Source: an uncultured Gemmatimonadales bacterium
GTDB lineage: Bacteria > Gemmatimonadota > Glassbacteria > GWA2-58-10
Length of the DNA: 29,430 bases
NCBI GenBank assembly: GCA_964609635.1
Contig: CAZSTM010000001.1
Coordinates: 1 to 29,430, forward strand
Direction of reading: 5' to 3'
Shown: positions 8,488-16,324 of the stretch, one piece after another
How the letters are laid out: every line of letters starts with the position of its first letter
Numbering within the stretch: the first letter of the stretch is position 1
The notes under the pieces: model-generated
Told to the model about the DNA's origin: nothing
Databases searched by the model: none
Seen by the model: the letters and a program-made list of their open reading frames with translations, nothing else
Program-made: the position numbers and the translations under genes

Positions 8488-8512
8488 GCGCAGGCGGAAG
8501 GCCTTCCCCCCT

Positions 8513-10399
8513 CTAACGGCTTTCCAGGCTGATATAGTCGTATTCGGCCAGGGTCTCGAACAGGGTGATTAGTTTATCCAGCTCCGGTTCCTTGCCGAAT
8601 TCCTGGCCTGTCAGCCACTGGATTTCGAAAATGCTGCGCTTGCCGTCCGACCAGTAAAGCGGCGCATTGTCCTGGTGCGACCACAGGCTGAATTTTTTCA
8701 GCCCGCGCTCGGCCTTTACCTGTTCAGGCACCCTGGCAAGCGTGAGGGGGCCGAACATTTTACGCACCGGCACCAGCTTGTCCGCCTTGAGTTCGATTTC
8801 GGTCTCGGGTTTGCGGCTGAACTTTTCTCCCTCGGGCCGGCAGGCCGCGGCCACCGCCTCCAGTTTCTCTTTCAAAGACTTTGCCTTTGCCGCCGTCTTG
8901 TTGAGTTCCGCCTTGCTCAAAGCCAGCTCGGACAGAGAATCCAGACGTTTTTTTTCGAGCATCAACAGGTAACTGCTGCGCTCGTCATAGTCGGCGCCCG
9001 GCTTGTCCTCGCCGGCCAGGGCGGCCAGTTTCTCGGTCCCGGAGCGGAATATCAGGTTGGCGATTTCCATTGCCGCTGAAGCCCCGCCGTTGGTCACCGT
9101 GTAGGCGTAAGCTCCCATCAGAGCGCTCATCTCGGCCATCACCTCCGGGCTGAGGTTGTCGGGGGTGTCGCTGCTGGTGTGGTAATAACGGTCCCTCAGG
9201 AATATCAGCGCCGGGCAGGGGATGTCGATCATCGGTTCGGCGATGAAATTGTCGTTAACCATATAGGGTTGGGTTTCCCAGTGCCAGCGCGGGTGGTCGC
9301 GATAGACCTCCCGCACCAGGTCGAGTCCCAGCTCATCGGTGAATGAACAGTTCGAGTGGGGATTGTAAAAATACTGCAGCCAACTACGGCAGCGGTCCTG
9401 GTCCGGTCCTATCATGTCCGGGTTCATGGCGCAGAGAACGTTTTTATGAAATTCGGGATGAGCGGCCAGGTGGGCGGCGAAACCATAGATCTCCCAGGCG
9501 AAAATCAGCCGGATGGTGCGTTTCGGCCGTTCGAGCACCCCGCGCTCGGCCAGTGCCAGCAGCGCACGCGCCAGTTCCATTACGCAAGCCACTCCGCTGG
9601 CGTTATCATGGGCCCCGATCTCGTGCAGGTGCTGGATGAACCAGACCTCTTTTTCCGGTTCCTCGGTGCCGGGGATTACTCCGGTGGTCAGGTCCATCGT
9701 GTCATCATAGAGACGGGTGTCGACCTGGGCGAAAACCTCTAGACTGTCGTGTTTGCTTAACAAACCTCGCAGCCAGTCGCCGTTTGCAGGGGTGATGGAG
9801 AATCCCAGCAGATTCTCCGGATTGGCCGGATAGAAAAATGCGTTGTCCCAGCGAACCAGGTGCATGTTCTCGCCTCGCTCACGGACCCCCGGCCAGCAGG
9901 GCAGCACATCGCTGACCACCCCCAGAGCACCCCGGCTGATCAGGGTTTTACGCAAGTCTTCATCCAGCTTGACTTTATCCTGAAAAACCAGTTTGCCCCT
10001 CAGATCCTGGTCGCCGTCCGGAAGAACGATCCGGGTTTTCACCCCTTCCGGCGGCGTGCTGCCGCACCAGATGAACAGGTGGCAGGGGTCGGCCTGACGG
10101 TCGGCGATACGGCGGGTGTTCCCCTCGGGATCGGTTATCTCCAGGATGCCGGAAGAGGCGTCCCAACCCTGAGGCGCACGATGATCCAGAACCAGGTTGG
10201 TTCCGGTGCTGGGATAGCTTAAGTGCTCAACCCGGCTCAACCCGATTTCACCCAGCAGCTTGACCGCCTCTTGCGCAGCCCGGTGAAAAGCGGGAAAAGT
10301 CGACAAACGGTCGTGAACCCAGAAACGATGGATGTATTCCAGAGCTCGTTTGCCGCTGACTTCTCCACGCAGCTTCTGCAGTATTTCCCGATGGAACAT
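8513..10399 (-). CDS. DUF4910 / M28-like zinc aminopeptidase-fold protein
   Basis: 'HLHEIGAHDNASG', 'WEIYG', 'NPDMIG' and 'YYHTSSD' ligand pattern; N-terminal 'GWDASSGIL' PA-like insert; AAAGGA RBS. Confidence 0.75.
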   Translation of the reverse strand: MFHREILQKLRGEVSGKRALEYIHRFWVHDRLSTFPAFHRAAQEAVKLLGEIGLSRVEHLSYPSTGTNLVLDHRAPQGWDASSGILEITDPEGNTRRIADRQADPCHLFIWCGSTPPEGVKTRIVLPDGDQDLRGKLVFQDKVKLDEDLRKTLISRGALGVVSDVLPCWPGVRERGENMHLVRWDNAFFYPANPENLLGFSITPANGDWLRGLLSKHDSLEVFAQVDTRLYDDTMDLTTGVIPGTEEPEKEVWFIQHLHEIGAHDNASGVACVMELARALLALAERGVLERPKRTIRLIFAWEIYGFAAHLAAHPEFHKNVLCAMNPDMIGPDQDRCRSWLQYFYNPHSNCSFTDELGLDLVREVYRDHPRWHWETQPYMVNDNFIAEPMIDIPCPALIFLRDRYYHTSSDTPDNLSPEVMAEMSALMGAYAYTVTNGGASAAMEIANLIFRSGTEKLAALAGEDKPGADYDERSSYLLMLEKKRLDSLSELALSKAELNKTAAKAKSLKEKLEAVAAACRPEGEKFSRKPETEIELKADKLVPVRKMFGPLTLARVPEQVKAERGLKKFSLWSHQDNAPLYWSDGKRSIFEIQWLTGQEFGKEPELDKLITLFETLAEYDYISLESR

Positions 10400-10571
10400 G
10401 AGATGTCCTTTCCCGGTCGTTTTTATTAGATTCTGCTGAAATCCGCTAAGAAATCAGGCCTGCTGCAATTTGACCAAAAAGCTAACAGGATAACCCGGCT
10501 CCGGCAGGTAATAGCTGGCGGCTTTTACCCGGGCAGGTGGAAACGGGTTTAAAGTAAAGACATATTCCAGC

Positions 10572-11033
10572 TTAGAATCGGTCTATCAGCAAGTCTGCTT
10601 CGCGCAGCCTTTTGCAAAGCTCGCGAGAGAGGTAAGTCAGTAACTTGACCGACAGGTGGGGAAAATCCTCCAGCAGCCTGCGTCCGTCGAAAGAGAAAAG
10701 CTCGGTGTTCTTGGCGGCCAGGGCGGTGGCAGAGCGGGGATTGCTGTCCAGAACGGACATTTCGCCGAAAACTTCGCCGGGGTTCAAAGTTGCCAGAATT
10801 TTACCGCTTTTCTCCATGCGGATGACCACCTGCCCTGACAAAATGGCGTAAAAATAATTACCCGGGTCCCCTTCTTTGAAAATAATCTCATCCTTGCTGA
10901 ACTTGACTGTTTCCGCGCAGTAAAGAAGCAGCGAGATTTCTTCAGAAGTGAAGGAAGAGAAAAAAGTGTACCTGGTTAAATTTTCAATGAACTTATCCTT
11001 ACTTTCAAGGTCTCCGGATGAATTCTTGGACAT
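10572..11033 (-). CDS. Stand-alone cyclic-nucleotide-binding domain protein (no HTH)
   Basis: 'IFKEGDPGNYFYAILSGQV' and phosphate-binding cassette 'FGEMSVLDSNPRSATALA'. Confidence 0.9.
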   Translation of the reverse strand: MSKNSSGDLESKDKFIENLTRYTFFSSFTSEEISLLLYCAETVKFSKDEIIFKEGDPGNYFYAILSGQVVIRMEKSGKILATLNPGEVFGEMSVLDSNPRSATALAAKNTELFSFDGRRLLEDFPHLSVKLLTYLSRELCKRLREADLLIDRF

Positions 11034-11116
11034 GGATACCTCTTTTACCGGTTTAATTATGCTTTCCGGATCTTAAATATCAATAGATCAAGGAGCTCAT
11101 GCGGTACTAATTTAAA

Positions 11117-11146
11117 AGCATAACATTTCGGAAAGGACTTTGTCAA
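11117..11146 (-). promoter_or_regulatory. Sigma70-type promoter for the cNMP-binding gene
   Basis: On the minus strand, TTGACA-N18-TATGCT with TGn extension. Confidence 0.5.
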
Positions 11147-11172
11147 CCTTTGCAGCCTTCAAAGGGTGAAGC

Positions 11173-11201
11173 TTGACAACTTACAGTCTGAAATTTATTT
11201 T
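11173..11201 (+). promoter_or_regulatory. Sigma70-type promoter for the cytochrome gene
   Basis: TTGACA-N17-TATTTT. Confidence 0.45.
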
Positions 11202-11263
11202 TTCATATACCATCGATTCCCCGGCTGGATGCTCATGAACGGTAACCGCAGGAGGAAGCCTGA

Positions 11264-12154
11264 TTGAAGCCGAATTGCAAATCGTTATGCGCTCGGGTTT
11301 TGATAATTCTCCTGACCGGTTTCACGGTAGTCGACTCCCAGGCCGCCCGTGTTGTCAATTGTTCTTCCTGCCACGGTCAGATAAGTTCGGAGTGGCGGAC
11401 TTCAGCCCATGCCGGCTCCTACACCTCGCCTCTTTTTCTCCATAGACTGGAAGAATCCGATGATTCGACCCGGACTTCGTGCTCCTGCCACGCCCCGGAC
11501 TTTTTCACGCCGGAAGGGATAGGCCGGATCCCCGGGAAACGTCCGGATTCCCTGGCATTGGGTGTGGACTGTGTCTCTTGCCATATGGACAGCGAACTGG
11601 TGGCCTATGCCGACTGCAAAGAGCGCACAGTGCCGCATTGGACCCGCAGCGATAAACGTTACTCACAGGGCGTATTCTGCGCGGGATGCCACACCTGGGC
11701 AAAAAATACGGCTGCAGACTGCCGGGATTGCCACATGCCCGAATCAAAAGGCCCGGCTACCGATCACCCCATGTTCGACCGTCCGGCGTCCGCCGGACAT
11801 CGTTCGCACCGTATGTCCGGCCTTAACGACCAGGATTTTGTCGCCGGGGCGGTTTCGCTCGAAACCGGCGCTGTCGGCGAACAACTGAAGATCAACCTGA
11901 CCAATCTGATCCCTGTCCATGCTTTTCCCCAGATCAGATATCGCCGTGTGGAATTGACCGTAACCGAGGAAGGCCTTCGCGAGACGCTCTGGAGTGAGAG
12001 TGTCAGGCTGGCGGCGGACAGCACGGCCGGCTACACGGTGAAAATACCCCGGGACAGGAAGCCTCTGGCAGTGGAACTGCGGCTGTACCCGGCGGCGGAA
12101 ATCCGGCCGGACAGCTCGGTGCTGCTGGTCAGAGAAATAATCGAACGTGAATAA
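11264..12154 (+). CDS. Sec-exported multiheme cytochrome c (c554-like; 4 CxxCH plus 1 CxCH)
   Basis: Signal peptide ending 'DSQA'; motifs CSSCH, CSCH, CVSCH, CAGCH and CRDCH; 'W..S.H' and 'GVDC' family pattern; TTG start with AGGAGG RBS. Confidence 0.88.
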   Translation: MKPNCKSLCARVLIILLTGFTVVDSQAARVVNCSSCHGQISSEWRTSAHAGSYTSPLFLHRLEESDDSTRTSCSCHAPDFFTPEGIGRIPGKRPDSLALGVDCVSCHMDSELVAYADCKERTVPHWTRSDKRYSQGVFCAGCHTWAKNTAADCRDCHMPESKGPATDHPMFDRPASAGHRSHRMSGLNDQDFVAGAVSLETGAVGEQLKINLTNLIPVHAFPQIRYRRVELTVTEEGLRETLWSESVRLAADSTAGYTVKIPRDRKPLAVELRLYPAAEIRPDSSVLLVREIIERE

Positions 12155-12275
12155 CTTATATAAGGCGTCTTAAGTAACTGAGCTCTGCAAGTGATACAAA
12201 ATAAATGTTCGGTAATTGAGTACAGGAGACGGAAAAACAGCTAGGATTTATCGAAAAATATTCAAAGGTGGGTGG

Positions 12276-12317
12276 GGATTCTGACTACTGACTTTTGACT
12301 TCTGGCTTCTGGCTTCT
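12276..12317 (+). repeat. Heptamer tandem repeat (consensus GRCTTCT), six degenerate units
   Basis: GGATTCT-GACTACT-GACTTTT-GACTTCT-GGCTTCT-GGCTTCT. Confidence 0.8.
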
Positions 12318-12334
12318 GAGAAAAAGAGGTATTT

Positions 12335-12829
12335 ATGCGGAGAAGGGATTTTATCTCTACGGCATGCGGGGCGGCTGCTGCTGCGGTTCCCGGGGGGTCT
12401 TTGGCCGCGGATGACTATGGGCTGACACTTTTACTTGAGCTGGCAAGAGTGGTCGTACCGGATGAAACCTCCGGCGCCTGGAGCAATCATGCTCCTCGTC
12501 AAGCCCTGGAAGACAAATGGCGCTCCCTGGATTCCAACACCCGCAAAGGCTATACCGAGGTACTCAAGAATCTTGACAGGGCTGCTGCCCGAAGCGACGG
12601 GGTGAAAGATTTCGCTTCCCTTTCGCCGGGAAAGCGCCCGGAGATAGTGCGCCGTCTGCTGGAAGATTCAAAGGAATTCAAAGATAATTTCTGGCGGATG
12701 CGCTCGATGATGCTTTACGCCTATTACGACAGCCCGATCGGCATGAAAAGAGCGGGGTATTATCCGACCACCCAGTTTGAGGGTTATCCCGAAATAGACA
12801 AGTTTCCGGCAGGGAGACAGGAAGATTGA
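12335..12829 (+). CDS. Tat-signal small subunit, gluconate 2-dehydrogenase subunit 3-like
   Basis: 'MRRRDFIS...SLA' twin-arginine signal; 'F..LSP..R' and 'YAYYDSPIGMKRAGY' resemble the family C-terminus; TTGA overlap with the GMC gene. Confidence 0.8.
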   Translation: MRRRDFISTACGAAAAAVPGGSLAADDYGLTLLLELARVVVPDETSGAWSNHAPRQALEDKWRSLDSNTRKGYTEVLKNLDRAAARSDGVKDFASLSPGKRPEIVRRLLEDSKEFKDNFWRMRSMMLYAYYDSPIGMKRAGYYPTTQFEGYPEIDKFPAGRQED

Positions 12830-14364
12830 GTTCATTGAGCTGTGACGCCATTGTGGTGGGTGTGGGAGCCGCCGGCAGTGTGGTGACCGAAGCGCTTTCC
12901 GGCGCGGGTTGGAAAGTGCTTGCCCTGGATGAGGGTCCCTGGTACAACCCTTTCCGGGACTTCAGCAAGGGCCCGGCCCGGCGAATGCCCAGTGGCATTC
13001 TCCAGGACCCGGTCACCAAAGTGAGCGCCGGCATGACCAAGGCGGTCGGGGGCAGTATGACCTTCTACGCGGGCGTGTTTTTCCGCCTGCATGAGAGCGA
13101 TTTCCAGACTCGAAGCAAGCACGGCTGCGGGGCCGACTGGCCGGTCAGCTACCAGGAACTGGCTCCCTACTATGACAAGGTGGAGATTTTCACCGGGGCT
13201 TCGGGCGGCAATACCAACATTTTCGAAGTGCCGCGCGGGCCTTACCCCAATCCGCCGCACAAACTTTCCGGAGCGGCCTGGATGTTCCAAAAAGGCGCTC
13301 GTGCCGCGGGGTATCACCCGGCGCCGACACCCTCATCCATCCTTTCCCGTCCCTACCGCGGCAGACCCGCCTGCACCTACTGCAACATGTGCGATCACGG
13401 CTGCATGGTGGGTGATCATGGTTCTCCGCTTATGACTTACATCCCGGCGGCAAAGAAAAACGGTGCGGACATCAGGCCGGAGCACAAGGTCCTGGCTATC
13501 GAAACCGACCGCACGGGCAAAGTGAAGGGAGTGGTTTTCAGGGACAAAAAGGGCAATCGTCAGCGGGCTGAATCCGACCTGGTCGTTCTGACCTCGGGAG
13601 CGGCGCACAACCCGATTATTCTCATGAGAAGCCGCGGGCCAGCGCATCCGAACGGTCTAGCCTCGAGCAGCGGCCTGCTCGGAGGTAACCTGATGCTGCA
13701 CGCCGGAGGCCGCTACATGGCCCGTTTCCCTAAGCCGGTCAAAGGTTTCATGGGGGTAAGCGGCGGAGTCAACGTTCAGGATTTCTACGATGGAGTTCCG
13801 GGAGCGGACTTCGTTCGCGGCTATACGCTGTATCTCTCGATGACCCCGAAGCCCCCCTCGCGCTTTGCAGACTGGTATCTCGACAACCTCTGGGGTGAGG
13901 ACCTGGTGAAAACCATGGATTCCTACGACAGGATGATCCGGGTGGCCGTGTTGGGCGAGGACCAGGCACGCCCGGAGAACCGTATAGTCCCCGATCCTGA
14001 TAGAACCGATGAGGACGGACTGCCGCTTGCCCGTGTCCGGTTCAGCAAGAGCGACAATGAGCGAAACCTGTTCAACCACGCGGTAGCTACCAGCCGCGAA
14101 ATCTGCCGTGCCGGTGGCTCGGACGACTGGGAACTCTACTGGTCGGCTAACGACAGCGCCCACATCCTGGGCACCTGCCGCATGGGTAATGACCCGGAAA
14201 AAAGCGTGGTGAACCGCTGGGGCGCCTGCCATGATGTCAAAGGCCTGTATATCTGCGACAGCAGCGTTTTCCCTACCTCGGGAGCGGTGAACCCGGCCCT
14301 GACAATCATGGCTCTGGCCACCCGGACGGCAGAACACCTCATTAAGAACAGATCCCACGGATAA
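12826..14364 (+). CDS. GMC-family FAD oxidoreductase large subunit with Cys-rich Fe-S motif
   Basis: 'VVGVGAAG' FAD motif, 'VGGSMTFY', 'CTYCNMCDHGC', active-site 'AHILGTCRMG' and 'GAVNPALTIMALA'; no signal peptide. Confidence 0.92.
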   Translation: MSSLSCDAIVVGVGAAGSVVTEALSGAGWKVLALDEGPWYNPFRDFSKGPARRMPSGILQDPVTKVSAGMTKAVGGSMTFYAGVFFRLHESDFQTRSKHGCGADWPVSYQELAPYYDKVEIFTGASGGNTNIFEVPRGPYPNPPHKLSGAAWMFQKGARAAGYHPAPTPSSILSRPYRGRPACTYCNMCDHGCMVGDHGSPLMTYIPAAKKNGADIRPEHKVLAIETDRTGKVKGVVFRDKKGNRQRAESDLVVLTSGAAHNPIILMRSRGPAHPNGLASSSGLLGGNLMLHAGGRYMARFPKPVKGFMGVSGGVNVQDFYDGVPGADFVRGYTLYLSMTPKPPSRFADWYLDNLWGEDLVKTMDSYDRMIRVAVLGEDQARPENRIVPDPDRTDEDGLPLARVRFSKSDNERNLFNHAVATSREICRAGGSDDWELYWSANDSAHILGTCRMGNDPEKSVVNRWGACHDVKGLYICDSSVFPTSGAVNPALTIMALATRTAEHLIKNRSHG

Positions 14365-14404
14365 TTCCATTCCGGAAAAAGTCTTCCAAACCACACCTTT
14401 TTTT

Positions 14405-14431
14405 TAACCAAACCACTGTTTTTGCCGATAA
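14405..14431 (+). promoter_or_regulatory. Sigma28 (FliA/SigD)-like promoter
   Basis: TAAC-N15-GCCGATAA against consensus TAAA-N15-GCCGATAA; intergenic. Confidence 0.55.
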
Positions 14432-14610
14432 AGCTATTATCAACTTATGGATATTACTGCAATTTTTTCACTATAATATCGGATAGTGCGACGTAATCAA
14501 GCTTAAAATTCCCTGGCAGGAAAGCAGCAGTTTTCAGTGGCTGCATAACTTATTAAGTAATAGCAACTTAAAGAGTGCTAATCTCTCGAGTCAGTAGTAA
14601 AATAAAAAAT

Positions 14611-14640
14611 TTGACAAGACTTTTCGATTTATGATATAAT
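14611..14640 (+). promoter_or_regulatory. Consensus sigma70 promoter for the XRE regulator
   Basis: TTGACA-N18-TATAAT with extended -10 TGn. Confidence 0.7.
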
Positions 14641-14784
14641 CGGTCAACTTGGAGCTAAACTATCTGAATGTCTTCAATATTTCGGACTTTGCTATTCTAC
14701 CGGTTACATTCAGTAGAGAGTGAAATCGAGGTTATGTTGTGAGAAGTCGCCGGCATTCGGCCGCGGGCGCGACAGGGAGAAAGA

Positions 14785-15561
14785 ATGAAATCCACGGAAT
14801 CACTGGATACGATCGGAGATCGGATCCGCAGTGTTCGCAAGGACAATAAACTGAGCCAGAAAGCTTTCGGCAAGATTTGCGGGGTTTCCCAGCTGACCTT
14901 GCTGCGTTACGAGACCAATTACCGCGGCCCGGACATGAAGTTTCTGCTGAAAATGAGCGAAAATTTCAATGTGAATGTCAACTGGGTGTTGCGCGACATA
15001 GGCGAGGCTTATTTTTCCGATTCTCCCAAAGAGACCGCCAAGGTTTACATCAACATCGAGGATTTACGCGAGGCTTTTCAAGCCTTTTCCTCCTTTCTGC
15101 AGATGCAGGCCGAGGTGAAATCGGAAAAGCACAAATCGGGCGACGACAAAGCCAAACTCTCGAGGCCCAACAGTGTTCTGTTGGTTTGTGCCGACAATCA
15201 AATATTACCCCTGGTTAGCAACCCGCTGATGGTTGCGGGACATGAGGTCGTGGTTTCCGGCGACTTCAAAGAGGCGGCCAAGATCATAGGCAGCAAAACA
15301 TTTCAACTCCTGGTGCTCGACATGCATCTCGGTTCGGTCGAAACCATGGGCTTCCTGGATAAACTGCAAGGCAAGAACCAGTCAGCGGTGCTTTTGCTGG
15401 CTGAGTCCAACCTGAACGAAAAAGCGCTCGATGCCCTCGAACAACTGGATGCGGATTACCTGGATAGGAGCACTCTGAAAGAGCGGGAACTGCTGTTTAA
15501 AGCCACTCGCCTGCTCAAGTCCATCGAATTGTCCGCAAGTATCAACGACGGTGGGAAGTAA
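14785..15561 (+). CDS. XRE-family HTH regulator fused to an atypical C-terminal receiver domain
   Basis: 'IGDRIRSVRKDNKLSQKAFGKICGVSQLTLLRYETNYRGP...NVNWVL' HTH_3; receiver fold 'VLLVCAD...LLVLDMHL...VLLLA...ADYLDR'. Confidence 0.82.
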   Translation: MKSTESLDTIGDRIRSVRKDNKLSQKAFGKICGVSQLTLLRYETNYRGPDMKFLLKMSENFNVNVNWVLRDIGEAYFSDSPKETAKVYINIEDLREAFQAFSSFLQMQAEVKSEKHKSGDDKAKLSRPNSVLLVCADNQILPLVSNPLMVAGHEVVVSGDFKEAAKIIGSKTFQLLVLDMHLGSVETMGFLDKLQGKNQSAVLLLAESNLNEKALDALEQLDADYLDRSTLKERELLFKATRLLKSIELSASINDGGK

Positions 15562-15738
15562 TTCAGCCGGGCATTATAACACCCCTGCAGCACCTTTTTC
15601 ACGCTTTATAACTTCCATTTTTTCGCGAAAGGTTTTATCTTCCTTTTAGTCTTAATCGAGAACGGGCGCATTTTTTCATATCCAGGGTCGAATTGAAGTG
15701 GGACTTCGTTGTTTACCGGTTTCTGTTAAGAGGATTAA

Positions 15739-16320
15739 ATGCCTTTAGTCCTGGTAGTCTTTCTGATTCTGGTTTCTTCTCTGTTCATCCTGTTTATGGC
15801 CATGAGCATGTTCCGGCGGCAGCGGTTACTGGATGAGAAGAAGGCGGAATACTTAACTATCAAAAGGAAAAACAGTCACCATTGGTCTCTTTTTAGAAAA
15901 TCTCAGGCGAATATCGATCGTATCAAGTCCCTTTGCAGGAACAAGGAATCGGAATTATTCACTCTGCTGAATGAAATCGAGAATATCAAAAAAGATATAA
16001 AAGATACCCTGGTGATACTTAAGAAGGAAACCAAGCAGGTGGAAGGGGATTTGGCGGAGGACCTGGGAAGGATCATCGTTCGGCGCAAGACGCTTGTCAA
16101 GAACAGCTGGCAGAGTATGAACGGGAAAAAGGTGGCGTTTATCGAGCGGCTTAAGGAGATTCAAGGCCTGGTGGCATCAACCGAGCGGGAAAAATCAGTC
16201 AAAGATCAAGAATACCTCAAATGGAACGAAACAAAACAAGTACTGGCCCGTATAAAACGTGAATTTGGCCAAATACACCGCAGTCGCTTTATTTCTTTCG
16301 AGAAAAAGAGTGGGAAATAA
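15739..16320 (+). CDS. Hypothetical protein with N-terminal membrane anchor and basic coiled coil
   Basis: About 25 hydrophobic N-terminal residues followed by a K/E/R-rich heptad-like sequence; GAGGA RBS. Confidence 0.7.
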   Translation: MPLVLVVFLILVSSLFILFMAMSMFRRQRLLDEKKAEYLTIKRKNSHHWSLFRKSQANIDRIKSLCRNKESELFTLLNEIENIKKDIKDTLVILKKETKQVEGDLAEDLGRIIVRRKTLVKNSWQSMNGKKVAFIERLKEIQGLVASTEREKSVKDQEYLKWNETKQVLARIKREFGQIHRSRFISFEKKSGK

Positions 16321-16324
16321 TTTG

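Noticed and set aside
8496-8507. GGAAGGCCTTCC palindrome between convergent genes as a terminator
   Set aside because: The stem is too short once a loop is allowed, and there is no U-tract on either strand.
12276-12317. Repeat array considered as a CRISPR
   Set aside because: The units are 7 nt and contiguous with no spacers, and there are no cas genes.
14538-14565. dif-like site (TGGCTGCATAA left arm)
   Set aside because: The XerD arm (TTATGTTAAAT) is not matched.
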